Of a stretch of DNA of 44,532 nt, positions 1 to 8,740 are shown piece by piece. Source of the DNA: Escherichia phage vB_EcoP-CC1; the sequence record OX457022. One strand, given 5' to 3'. How positions within the stretch are numbered: the stretch's first letter is position 1; every line of letters begins with the position of its first letter. A model generated the notes under the pieces. The model saw only the letters and a program-made list of their open reading frames with translations, made no database searches and was not told where the DNA came from. The translations under genes and the position numbers were made by a program.

Positions 1-127
1 CATGTGCTGAAGGAGTGGCCTACATGCGACCAAACTTCGACTTCGGAGCTACAGTATCGGAAGACAATAATCTCATCCTGTGGCCGACTGAAGGTGAGAG
101 AATCGCTCTCATAGATGCTGACATGTT
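1..127. repeat. Window-end overlap: exact copy of 44406-44532 (circular-permutation or assembly overlap)
   Basis: Direct reading shows bases 1-127 (catgtgctgaaggagtggcc...gctgacatgtt) are identical to the last 127 bases. The overlap lies inside coding sequence. Confidence 0.95.
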
Positions 128-1052
128 ACCTTATATCGTAGGGTACACAATCAGTGACATGACTTATGTACGAGCCACAACTCGTGTTAAGTCAGGACAA
201 GTCCAATCAATCAAAGATACACCTGAGTGTAAGCAAGCATGTGACCGTGTGAACTCCTTGCTTAACTCTTGGGTGTATGCAGCAGAGTGTGATGCAGCTA
301 AGCTATTCATGACAAAATCAGAAGCTAACTTCCGTGTTCGCCTAGCATTCACCAAGCCTTATAAGGGTCAACGTAAGACCGAGAAGCCTCCATTCTTCTA
401 TGAATTACGAGAGCATCTCTTAGAGGTGCATGGTGCAATCTTGGCTGATGGTGAGGAAGCAGATGACCTAATGAGCATCGCACAATGGGACAGCCATCGC
501 CGCTTCCAGCAAGATACAGGTAACGAGTTCCCTATCGGTAGTCCAGAGCATAAAGCATTCTCTGATACTTGCATCGTTTCCTTAGATAAGGATTTGATGA
601 TTGTTCCCGGTTGGCATCTACTGCCGGGAGGTGAGAAGAAATGGGTAGAGCCTATGGGTTGGCTTGAGCTACGCCGCAAGGCTAATGGTCAAGTGAAAGA
701 CCTTAAAGGTGCTGGCCTCATGTTCCATTATGCACAGATGATTATCGGTGATGACATAGATAATTATGCTGGCATACCTGGGCGTGGAGCTAAATATGCC
801 TATGATCTTCTCAAAGATTGCAAGACAGAGAAAGAGTTGTACATGGCAGTGCTTGGTGCTTACAAGGCTAAGTTCGGACATGGACAAGTTAAGATTAAGA
901 ATTACCGAGGTGGTTATCGTATCGGCAAGGCTTTTGATCTCATGCTTGAATGTGGTCGCCTAGCTCACATGGCGAGATTCAAAGGTGATATCTGGAGGGC
1001 TGATAAGAATGAAATCTTATGGGGAGAAGGTGATGGATGGCTAGTAAACTAA
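24..1052 (+). CDS. 5'-3' exonuclease (T7 gp6-like, FEN family)
   Basis: AAGGAG at 10-15 sits 8 nt before the ATG at 24; the GTG at 15 overlaps the SD. Motifs IALIDADMLPY, SLDKDLMIVPGW and IGDDIDNYAGIPG parallel T7 gp6 (CDKDF..., IKGDITDGYSGIAG; recalled). Confidence 0.85.
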   Translation: MRPNFDFGATVSEDNNLILWPTEGERIALIDADMLPYIVGYTISDMTYVRATTRVKSGQVQSIKDTPECKQACDRVNSLLNSWVYAAECDAAKLFMTKSEANFRVRLAFTKPYKGQRKTEKPPFFYELREHLLEVHGAILADGEEADDLMSIAQWDSHRRFQQDTGNEFPIGSPEHKAFSDTCIVSLDKDLMIVPGWHLLPGGEKKWVEPMGWLELRRKANGQVKDLKGAGLMFHYAQMIIGDDIDNYAGIPGRGAKYAYDLLKDCKTEKELYMAVLGAYKAKFGHGQVKIKNYRGGYRIGKAFDLMLECGRLAHMARFKGDIWRADKNEILWGEGDGWLVN

Positions 1053-1447
1053 AATCTTCAGAGGTGGCAGCTTATAAGAAAGAGCTTATGGAGAAGCAAG
1101 GTTGGAAGTGTCCTCTGTGCGGAGGCAGCCTTAAGGCAGTAAGTCCTATCAACCGTGTACTTGACCATGATCATGAGACAGGTTTCTGTCGTGCTGTTGT
1201 GTGTCGTGGCTGCAACGGTGCAGAAGGAAAGATTAAGGGTGTTATATCTGGCTACGGAAAGGCAGGTAATAACCGCTACTTCCAACTACAATGGTTAGAA
1301 CGCCTGTATAACTACTGGAAGTTGCATAGTACACCTCAGACAGATAAGTTATATCATAATCATAAAACGGAGGCAGAGAAACGAGAGGCTAAAAATCGTA
1401 AGGCTCGCCTGGCTTATGCAAGAAAGAAGGAGGTTAAGAGTGGCTAA
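1037..1447 (+). CDS. Endonuclease VII-type Holliday junction resolvase
   Basis: CPLCGG...LDHDHETGFCRAVVCRGCNGAEG matches the Endonuclease_7 signature (CxxC...DHDH.tG..RG.LC..CN). It overlaps the exonuclease stop. Confidence 0.8.
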   Translation: MASKLKSSEVAAYKKELMEKQGWKCPLCGGSLKAVSPINRVLDHDHETGFCRAVVCRGCNGAEGKIKGVISGYGKAGNNRYFQLQWLERLYNYWKLHSTPQTDKLYHNHKTEAEKREAKNRKARLAYARKKEVKSG

Positions 1448-2447
1448 ACTTCGTAGCCTTTATAAAGACTCCGAGGTGCTTGATGCAATCGAGCAAGCTA
1501 CCGACGAGAAAGGTAATGTTAACTATAATGAGATGGCGAAGGTTCTATCTAGCCACCCTGTGGGTAAGAAGATCACCCGTCAACTTGCTCGCTACTGGCA
1601 TGGTCAATTCAAGAAGACCAAGAAGAATGGTGATTATTACCAGACTCTTCTGCAAGAGGATAAGCGTATCAAAGAAGAGCGTAAGCTCAGGACTCCTGAC
1701 CGCTACGAGGATTTGGCTATTGTACCATTGCCTGACTCGCCTCATCGAAGTGTACTGGTAATCCCTGATACTCATGCACCTTATGAGCACCCAGATACCT
1801 TAGAGTTCCTTGCAGCAGTGGCAGCACGTTATCGACCAGACACAGTGGTACATCTTGGAGATGAGGCAGATAAACATGCCCTGTCATTCCATGATTCGGA
1901 TCCAAATTTGGACAGTGCTGGCATGGAGTTAGAGAAGGCTCGTGTCTTCATGCACAAGTTGCACAAGATGTTCCCTGTGATGCGCCTGTGTCACTCTAAC
2001 CACGGATCTATGCATTTCCGTAAAGCGAGCGCCAAGGGTATTCCTGTGCAATACCTGCGTACCTATCGTGAAGTCTTCTTCCCGAATGGAGGTGGCGACC
2101 AGTGGGACTGGCAGCATACTCATGTGCTTGAGTTGCCGAATGGCGAACAGGTGGCATTCAAGCACCAACCTGCTGGTTCTGTCCTAGCAGATGCAGCGCA
2201 TGAGCGCATGAACCTAGTGTGTGGACATTTGCATGGTAAGATGTCGGTAGAGTATGCACGTAATACACATGAACAGTATTGGGCTGTGCAGGGTGGCTGT
2301 CTGATTGATGAGTCCTCTCGTGCATTTGCCTATGGTCGTGAGTCTAAATACAAGCCAGCATTAGGTTGTGTGGTTATTCTGGAAGGTGTGCCTCATATTG
2401 TCCCGATGCAGACCAATAGTGACAATCGCTGGATTGGTAAGATTTAG
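1440..2447 (+). CDS. Calcineurin-like metallophosphoesterase with an N-terminal extension of about 100 aa
   Basis: AAGGAGG at 1427-1433 precedes the GTG at 1440. Motifs VIPDTHAPYEHPD, HLGDEADK, SNHG and GHLHG are present. Confidence 0.7.
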   Translation: MAKLRSLYKDSEVLDAIEQATDEKGNVNYNEMAKVLSSHPVGKKITRQLARYWHGQFKKTKKNGDYYQTLLQEDKRIKEERKLRTPDRYEDLAIVPLPDSPHRSVLVIPDTHAPYEHPDTLEFLAAVAARYRPDTVVHLGDEADKHALSFHDSDPNLDSAGMELEKARVFMHKLHKMFPVMRLCHSNHGSMHFRKASAKGIPVQYLRTYREVFFPNGGGDQWDWQHTHVLELPNGEQVAFKHQPAGSVLADAAHERMNLVCGHLHGKMSVEYARNTHEQYWAVQGGCLIDESSRAFAYGRESKYKPALGCVVILEGVPHIVPMQTNSDNRWIGKI

Positions 2448-2464
2448 TTGACACTATAGAACAA
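2442..2464 (+). promoter_or_regulatory. Phage RNAP promoter, AGTTG variant (ATTTAGTTGACACTATAGAACAA)
   Basis: The SP6-like core GACACTATAG is present; the predicted +1 is G at 2459. Confidence 0.75.
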
Positions 2465-2499
2465 AGGGCAGGTAATGTCTTGCCCTTGATTGTATAGTG
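2465..2499 (+). promoter_or_regulatory. 5' leader hairpin (AGGGCA...TGCCCT) plus conserved TGATTGTATAGTG
   Basis: A stem-loop follows +1 immediately. The same layout occurs at 42513-42547, with a different stem sequence. Confidence 0.55.
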
Positions 2500-2515
2500 A
2501 ATGGAGGAATTAATT

Positions 2516-3001
2516 ATGTCAGAGACTGATATTAGAAAGATTGATATTGGAGAGTACGTCGTACGCCGTGCAGCTTACCGAGATGCCAACTGGAATAAAC
2601 TGTGTGAAAGACTAAACAAGAAACCAGATGAGGTATTCAAAGTATCCAGTGCAGAACCTAATTATAACTCTATCATGTTAGAAGGTGTTGAGAAGCGCGA
2701 ATGGTATGCGCCTTACTTCCATGTTGTTGACTCATTGCAAGGTGAAGAACCTAACACGTTGGACAACAATATGGTTACTAAGCCGAAGCACTATGAGTTC
2801 TTCGAAGGTGTAGAAGCGATTACTATCATTGCCCGCAGCATGACCGAGAAGCAATTCGCTGGCTATTGCATGGGTAATGCTTTGAAGTACCGCCTACGTG
2901 CAGGTAAGAAGTTCAACACTGAAGAAGACCTGAAGAAAGCAGACTACTATAAGGAGTTATTCCAGAAGCATCGTCACGAATGTATTGATGAGGATATTTG
3001 A
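2516..3001 (+). CDS. T7 gp1.7-like protein (DUF3310; nucleotide kinase family)
   Basis: GGAGG lies 8 nt before the ATG at 2516. KPKHYEFFEGVEAITIIARSMTEKQFAGYCMGNALKYRLRAGKK...ADYYKELFQKH parallels the T7 gp1.7 C-terminus (recalled). Confidence 0.7.
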   Translation: MSETDIRKIDIGEYVVRRAAYRDANWNKLCERLNKKPDEVFKVSSAEPNYNSIMLEGVEKREWYAPYFHVVDSLQGEEPNTLDNNMVTKPKHYEFFEGVEAITIIARSMTEKQFAGYCMGNALKYRLRAGKKFNTEEDLKKADYYKELFQKHRHECIDEDI

Positions 3002-3002
3002 T

Positions 3003-3950
3003 ATGAATATCTTTGAGTTCCTAGGTCTTCCAGAAGATCACCGCAACCACCCATTCATGTTGGTGAAACATCGTGGTGAAGTCCCTGAGAAGAAATTAAC
3101 CTTTCCATGTTATGCACAGGTGAAACGAGATGGAATATTCAGTGCTGTTGTGGTGCGTAATGATGGTGCTGTTGCCATCTTTGGTCGTACTGGTAAGAAG
3201 CTCGCAAATGTTGAAGCCTTGGAAAAGACATTTAGTGTATTTCCTGTCGGGTTGTATCTTGGTGAGTTGCAATCTATGGCTGTTGATGTTTATCTTGAAG
3301 CTCTATCAGGAGTGGTAAACCCTAATCGTACAGAGCCACTTGATTTCATAGGCCAGCAGATTAAAGACAACCTGTATATCGACTTCTTCGATATGTTAAC
3401 CATTAAGGCATTCCATGATGGATTCACTGATGTTTCTTATCTCAAACGTTACGATGCTTTACATCGTCGCATCGGCACTCATCTTAGCGGGTACAACGCT
3501 ATTCTTCCTATTACTCCTTGCCATAATGAGAGAGAGGTTGAAGCGTTTGCTCAAGAGCAAATAGATGCAGGCCGAGAGGGTGCTGTCTTTAAACTTGACT
3601 GTGATTATGAAGCAGGCCATAAAGGATATCGTCAGACTAAAGAAGTCCGTAAGGTAACTTATGACCTTACTTGTATTGGCTTTGAAGAAGGCAAAGGTAA
3701 GTACAAGGGTAAGGTAGCTAACCTCATTTTCAAATGGAAAGGAGGCAAGACAATCAAAGCTATGCTAGGTAAGGGGTGGACTCATGCAGATGCAGAACAG
3801 ATGTTCCATGATATTAAACATGGCGGACGATTGAATGTCATTGGTAAAATCTTTGAAGTCAAAGGTCTTCAGGATTCAAGCAAGGGCAACATTCGTCAGC
3901 CCAAAGCGGGAGAATTAAGACATGACAAAGATGAACCAGATTTCTTTTGA
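3003..3950 (+). CDS. ATP-dependent DNA ligase
   Basis: The adenylation motif VKRDGIF (KxDG) is present. GAGGA precedes the ATG at 3003. Size and position fit a T7-group ligase. Confidence 0.85.
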   Translation: MNIFEFLGLPEDHRNHPFMLVKHRGEVPEKKLTFPCYAQVKRDGIFSAVVVRNDGAVAIFGRTGKKLANVEALEKTFSVFPVGLYLGELQSMAVDVYLEALSGVVNPNRTEPLDFIGQQIKDNLYIDFFDMLTIKAFHDGFTDVSYLKRYDALHRRIGTHLSGYNAILPITPCHNEREVEAFAQEQIDAGREGAVFKLDCDYEAGHKGYRQTKEVRKVTYDLTCIGFEEGKGKYKGKVANLIFKWKGGKTIKAMLGKGWTHADAEQMFHDIKHGGRLNVIGKIFEVKGLQDSSKGNIRQPKAGELRHDKDEPDFF

Positions 3951-4137
3951 TAGTATGAAGGCGACTCGTGCTGTTGAGGTAGCAGAAGCTATCTTTGAAA
4001 CTTTATCTTGCGGCATGGAAGTGCCATATACTTTACTGGCTGATGCAGAAGAACTTGGTCTTTCTGTAGAAGCTATCCAAGAGAAAGTTGAGGAACTCTA
4101 TGGTACAGACGAAGAAGAAACCGACGATTTCATTTGA
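3922..4137 (+). CDS. Hypothetical acidic protein (C-terminus EEETDDFI)
   Basis: The ORF has GGGAGA 8 nt upstream and overlaps the ligase end. The start is uncertain; 3955 is an alternative. Confidence 0.4.
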   Translation: MTKMNQISFDSMKATRAVEVAEAIFETLSCGMEVPYTLLADAEELGLSVEAIQEKVEELYGTDEEETDDFI

Positions 4138-4141
4138 GGGG

Positions 4142-4270
4142 ATGGAGATGCTTGAGATGATTCTCAAGCCTTCTTCTCCGAAAGTAACTAAGACTCATGA
4201 AGAGTTAATCGTAGATGAAGTGAAGCGTTACATTATGGATTGTGTCAAGGCACAACTGGTAGTCCAATGA
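4142..4270 (+). CDS. Hypothetical 42-aa protein
   Basis: GAGGGG precedes the ATG at 4142. The stop overlaps the next start (ATGA at 4267-4270). Confidence 0.4.
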   Translation: MEMLEMILKPSSPKVTKTHEELIVDEVKRYIMDCVKAQLVVQ

Positions 4271-4728
4271 TACGTCAAGCATCTTTCTTAGATATACCTG
4301 AGATTATTAATCTAGGCGACAAGTATGTAGAAGAGGAAGTTAAGGTAGTAGCACACCACTCTCCTTCATGGAATGCAGAACAAAGCGCAGCAAACCTGTG
4401 TGCATCTCTTGTCCGAGATGATTTATTCTTATGGGTTGCTGTAGATGAGGGAATCATTGTAGGATTCCTATGGGCTGGGTATCATGACTTAGCACCTTGG
4501 ACACCAGTGCGTGTTGCATCTGATATTCTTTTCTACATCGTACCAGAGAAGCGTGGCACTCTCTTAGGAATGAGACTTATCAAAGCCTATAAGCAATGGG
4601 CTTTTGAGAAGGAATGTGCTGAAGTGAGACTGTCTATTGCCTCTGGTATCAATGAAGAGCGTGTTGGGCGTATGTATGAGCGGTTAGGCTTTGAGACGTT
4701 CGGCACTGTGTATAACCTGAAACTTTAA
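4267..4728 (+). CDS. GNAT-family N-acetyltransferase
   Basis: EKRGTLLGMRLI resembles the acetyl-CoA motif A (R/QxxGxG/A-like), and MYERLGFE is present at the C-terminus. The start is translationally coupled. Confidence 0.75.
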   Translation: MIRQASFLDIPEIINLGDKYVEEEVKVVAHHSPSWNAEQSAANLCASLVRDDLFLWVAVDEGIIVGFLWAGYHDLAPWTPVRVASDILFYIVPEKRGTLLGMRLIKAYKQWAFEKECAEVRLSIASGINEERVGRMYERLGFETFGTVYNLKL

Positions 4729-4737
4729 GGAGGCAAT

Positions 4738-4947
4738 ATGGGTGTCGTGAAGAAGGCATTTAAAGCAATTGGTCTTGCACCTGAGACGCCGAAAATTGAG
4801 GCGGCTAAGACTCCGGCACAACAGTTAGCGCGTGAACCGGAGACTACGGCAGAGGATATTACATTAGGCCAAGATGATAGCGCAACTGCTGCGGCACGTG
4901 GCAAGCGTGGCCTGATTCGTCCAGTGGCATCGAGCTTAGGGGTTTAA
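4738..4947 (+). CDS. Small protein upstream of portal, possibly T7 gp6.7-like
   Basis: It has a perfect SD (TAAGGAGG). GKRGLIRP near the C-terminus is reminiscent of T7 gp6.7 GRKGLKV (recalled, weak). Confidence 0.55.
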   Translation: MGVVKKAFKAIGLAPETPKIEAAKTPAQQLAREPETTAEDITLGQDDSATAAARGKRGLIRPVASSLGV

Positions 4948-4948
4948 T

Positions 4949-6499
4949 ATGATGCAAGACACCGACCTTGAGTATGGTGGAAAGCGGTCGAAGATACCTA
5001 AGTTGTGGGAGAAGCTATCTACTAAGCGCAGTCCTTTCATGGACAGGGCAAAGCACTATGCGAGGTTGACTTTGCCATACCTCATGAATGAGGAGGGAGA
5101 CAACAATACTTCTCAGAATGGGTGGCAAGGTGTAGGTGCACAGGCCACTAACCACTTAGCTAACAAGTTAGCACAAGTTCTCTTCCCTGCTCAACGCTCT
5201 TTCTTCCGAGTTGACTTGACAGCAAAAGGGGAGAAGATATTAAACAACAGAGGTCTTAAGAAGACCAAATTAGCTACGCTGTTTGCTCAAGTAGAGACTG
5301 CTGCTATGAAGCAACTAGAGCAGCGGCAGTTCCGCCCAGCGGTGGTAGAATGCTTCAAGCATTTGATTGTTGCAGGTAACTGTATGCTGTACAAGCCAAG
5401 CAAGGGTGCAATCAGTGCGATACCTATGCATCACTATGTAGTTAATCGAGATGCTAATGGGGAACTGCTGGATATTATCTTACTACAAGAGAAGGCGCTA
5501 AAGACATTCGACCCTGCAACTCGCATGGCTATTGAAGTAGGCATGAAAGGTAAGAAGTGCAAAGACAGTGATAATGTAAAACTCTACACACACGCCAAGT
5601 ATGAGGGTGAAGGTTTTTGGGAATTAAATCAATCAGCAGATGATATTCCTATTGGTAAATCTAGCAGAATCAAGGCTGATAAACTCCCATTCATCCCTCT
5701 TACTTGGAAGAGGTCTTATGGAGAAGATTGGGGTCGCCCTCTTGCAGAGGATTATTCTGGAGATTTATTCGTAATCCAATTCCTGTCTGAAGCGGTTGCG
5801 CGTGGCGCTGCTTTGATGGCCGACATTAAATACCTGATTCGTCCAGGTGCTCAGACAGATGTAGACCACTTTGTTAACTCAGGAACAGGCGAAGTAATCA
5901 CTGGTGTGGAAGAGGACATCCATATCGTACAACTAGGCAAGTATGCAGACCTAACACCAATAAGTGCTGTACTAGAGGTTTATACCAGACGCATCGGCGT
6001 AGTCTTTATGATGGAGACTATGACACGACGAGATGCAGAACGTGTAACTGCTGTAGAGATACAGCGAGATGCTCTTGAGATTGAGCAGAACATGGGTGGC
6101 GTATACTCACTCTTTGCTACGACTATGCAGACACCCGTGGCTATGTGGGGTTTGCTTGATGCCGGAGACTCTTTCACCAGTGACCTAGTAGATCCTGTTA
6201 TCATCACAGGTATTGAAGCATTAGGTCGCATGGCAGAGTTGGATAAGCTGGCTAACTTCGCTCAGTATATGGCATTACCTATGAGTTGGCCTGAGCCAGT
6301 ACAGGCAGCGGTGAACTGGCCTGATTATATGGATTGGGTTCGTGGTCAGATCTCCGCTGAACTTCCATTCCTAAAATCAGAAGAGCAGATGAAGAAAGAG
6401 CAAGCACAGATGGCACAAGCACAGCAAGAGCAGATGCTTAATGAAGGAGTAGCTAAAGCTGTACCTGGTGTCATTCAACAAGAACTTAAGGAGGCGTAA
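4949..6499 (+). CDS. Portal (head-tail connector) protein
   Basis: At 516 aa it sits immediately upstream of the scaffold and capsid genes, as in the T7/SP6 order. Confidence 0.85.
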   Translation: MMQDTDLEYGGKRSKIPKLWEKLSTKRSPFMDRAKHYARLTLPYLMNEEGDNNTSQNGWQGVGAQATNHLANKLAQVLFPAQRSFFRVDLTAKGEKILNNRGLKKTKLATLFAQVETAAMKQLEQRQFRPAVVECFKHLIVAGNCMLYKPSKGAISAIPMHHYVVNRDANGELLDIILLQEKALKTFDPATRMAIEVGMKGKKCKDSDNVKLYTHAKYEGEGFWELNQSADDIPIGKSSRIKADKLPFIPLTWKRSYGEDWGRPLAEDYSGDLFVIQFLSEAVARGAALMADIKYLIRPGAQTDVDHFVNSGTGEVITGVEEDIHIVQLGKYADLTPISAVLEVYTRRIGVVFMMETMTRRDAERVTAVEIQRDALEIEQNMGGVYSLFATTMQTPVAMWGLLDAGDSFTSDLVDPVIITGIEALGRMAELDKLANFAQYMALPMSWPEPVQAAVNWPDYMDWVRGQISAELPFLKSEEQMKKEQAQMAQAQQEQMLNEGVAKAVPGVIQQELKEA

Positions 6500-7407
6500 T
6501 GTCTTTTGAAATTATTAATGAACCTGTAAGTCAGTCTGACGTTACTGAACCTAAGGAGGTTGCTGATGTTACTACTACCGACACTGATTCTACTGTTGAT
6601 TCTTCTGGCAGCGATGTACAAGCTGACACAGGCAGTGCAGACGTACAAGACACCGGAGGAGCTGATATTGGAGGAGATGCAGGACAAGGAGAAGCATCTA
6701 GTGGATCGGATGATAAACCTGAGCCAGATGGTTCCTCGGACGAAGATGTACGATTCTTCTTTGGCGAACAAGAAGTAGAGATTGAAATCCCTGAAGATGT
6801 CTCCTCTGCCTTGAAAGAGAAAGGCATTGATGCAATGCAGGTAGCCAAGGAGCTTTACGGTGAAGGTGGCAAGTTTGAACTTACGGAAGAGACAAAGCAG
6901 AAGCTGTATGATGCATTTGGCAAGTTCGCAGTAGACGCTTATCTGAATGGACTGAAAGCATCTAACGAGGCATTCCTGATTAAATCTGAAGCTCAAGCTA
7001 AAGAAGCAGAAGCAGCAGATGCCCAACGCTTTACCGATATTGCATCGGAAGTTGGCGGAGAAGAAGGCTGGTCACGACTAGAAGAGTGGGCGCTAGAGAC
7101 GCTGTCTGATGAAGAATTAGCAGCCTTCAATGCAGTGATGGCCTCAGGTAATCAGTACCTGCAACAGTATGCTGTGCGTGAGCTGGAAGGTCGCCGTAAG
7201 CAAGCACAGGGCGATGACAAGCCATCATTGATTGAGCCGTCAGCACCTGCGAAGGCTAATGATGAGAACAGCCCACTTACGAGAGATCAGTATGTCCGAG
7301 CTATCGCAACTCTTAGCCAGAAATATGGTAATGACCGTAAAGCTATGGCGGAGGCTCAGGCGAAACTTGACGCTCGCCGTCGTGCTGGTATGGCTCGCGG
7401 ACTGTAA
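6499..7407 (+). CDS. Scaffolding protein
   Basis: This acidic, helix-rich 302-aa protein lies between portal and capsid. Its start overlaps the portal stop (TAATG). Confidence 0.8.
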   Translation: MSFEIINEPVSQSDVTEPKEVADVTTTDTDSTVDSSGSDVQADTGSADVQDTGGADIGGDAGQGEASSGSDDKPEPDGSSDEDVRFFFGEQEVEIEIPEDVSSALKEKGIDAMQVAKELYGEGGKFELTEETKQKLYDAFGKFAVDAYLNGLKASNEAFLIKSEAQAKEAEAADAQRFTDIASEVGGEEGWSRLEEWALETLSDEELAAFNAVMASGNQYLQQYAVRELEGRRKQAQGDDKPSLIEPSAPAKANDENSPLTRDQYVRAIATLSQKYGNDRKAMAEAQAKLDARRRAGMARGL

Positions 7408-7413
7408 TTCAGT

Positions 7414-7436
7414 ATTTACTGGACACTATAGAAGGG
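7414..7436 (+). promoter_or_regulatory. Phage RNAP promoter (ATTTACTGGACACTATAGAAGGG), capsid promoter
   Basis: It is a consensus match, with +1 G at 7431. Confidence 0.9.
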
Positions 7437-7485
7437 AGAAAACTCTCCCTAGTTATCAATTTGATTTATAAGGAGATTATAATAC

Positions 7486-8685
7486 ATGTCTACACCGAAC
7501 ACTCTGACTAACGTTGCTGTGTCCGCATCTGGTGAGGTTGACAGCCTTCTTATTGAGAAGTTTAATGGTAAGGTAAACGAGCAGTACCTGAAAGGTGAGA
7601 ACATTCTGTCCTACTTTGATGTACAGACGGTAACTGGTACTAACACGGTTAGCAATAAATATTTAGGTGAAACTGAGTTGCAGGTGTTAGCACCGGGTCA
7701 GTCACCTAATGCTACTCCAACTCAGGCCGATAAAAACCAGTTGGTAATTGATACCACTGTGATCGCCCGTAACACCGTGGCACACATCCACGACGTACAG
7801 GGTGACATCGACAGCCTTAAGCCTAAGTTGGCTATGAACCAAGCCAAGCAACTGAAGCGTCTGGAAGACCAGATGGCAATCCAGCAGATGCTGTTAGGTG
7901 GCATCGCTAACACCAAAGCAAAGCGTAACAAACCTCGTGTAAAAGGACACGGCTTCTCTATCAACGTTAACGTGACTGAAAGTGAAGCACTGGCTAACCC
8001 GCAGTATGTCATGGCTGCTGTAGAATATGCTCTGGAGCAGCAGCTTGAACAGGAAGTGGATATCTCTGATGTAGCGATCCTGATGCCGTGGAAATTCTTC
8101 AACTCGCTGCGTGACGCAGACCGCATTGTAGATAAGACTTACACTATTAGTCAGTCCGGTGCTACTATCAGTGGCTTTGTTCTGTCTTCCTACAACTGCC
8201 CTGTTATCCCGTCTAACCGATTCCCGACATTTGTACAGAGTGCTCCACATCACTTACTGTCTAACGAAGATAACGGTTATCGTTATGACCCTACCGCAGA
8301 GATGAACGGCGCTGTAGCTGTGCTGTTTACTGCTGATGCATTGCTGGTAGGTCGCACCATTGAAGTAACAGGTGACATCTTCTATGAGAAGAAAGAGAAG
8401 ACTTACTATATTGATACCTTCATGGCTGAAGGTGCAATCCCTGACCGCTGGGAGGCTGTGTCTGTAGTTACTACTAAACGTAATGCAGGTACTGGTGCGG
8501 CTGACGGTGCAGGCGACGATCACGCAACCGTACTGGCTCGTGCACAGCGTAAGGCTGTCTACGTCAAGACCGCAGGTGCTGCCGCATTATCCGCCGCTAG
8601 CCTGCAAGCAGAAGACTTAGTAGCCGCTGTACGTGCTGTAATGGCTAATGACGTCAAGCCGACTGCACTGAAACCTACTGAGTAA
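7486..8685 (+). CDS. Major capsid protein
   Basis: It has a strong SD, its own promoter and a downstream terminator, and occupies the gp10 position. Confidence 0.9.
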   Translation: MSTPNTLTNVAVSASGEVDSLLIEKFNGKVNEQYLKGENILSYFDVQTVTGTNTVSNKYLGETELQVLAPGQSPNATPTQADKNQLVIDTTVIARNTVAHIHDVQGDIDSLKPKLAMNQAKQLKRLEDQMAIQQMLLGGIANTKAKRNKPRVKGHGFSINVNVTESEALANPQYVMAAVEYALEQQLEQEVDISDVAILMPWKFFNSLRDADRIVDKTYTISQSGATISGFVLSSYNCPVIPSNRFPTFVQSAPHHLLSNEDNGYRYDPTAEMNGAVAVLFTADALLVGRTIEVTGDIFYEKKEKTYYIDTFMAEGAIPDRWEAVSVVTTKRNAGTGAADGAGDDHATVLARAQRKAVYVKTAGAAALSAASLQAEDLVAAVRAVMANDVKPTALKPTE

Positions 8686-8693
8686 TAACCTAT

Positions 8694-8730
8694 GCCCTAT
8701 CTACCTTGCGTAGGTAGGGTTCTTTTGTTT
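8694..8730 (+). terminator. Hairpin plus T-run after the capsid gene (T-phi analogue)
   Basis: CCCTA/TAGGG and CTAC/GTAG pair, followed by TTCTTTTGTTT. Confidence 0.65.
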
Positions 8731-8740
8731 AGGAGGGTTC

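Noticed and set aside
1-127. The 127-bp terminal duplication as the phage's direct terminal repeat.
   Set aside because: It falls inside the exonuclease coding sequence and lacks any end-region features. The T7-like end features are at 29.4-29.9 kb instead. It is most simply an assembly or circularisation overlap.
6475-7026. Long minus-strand ORFs: 183 aa here, plus 43053-43658 (201 aa), 31895-32404 (169 aa), 7722-8126, 16150-16530, 16662-17042 and others.
   Set aside because: All lie antisense to well-supported + strand genes. They have no SD or promoter context and have low-complexity or odd composition. The whole genome is transcribed left to right, as in T7-group phages.
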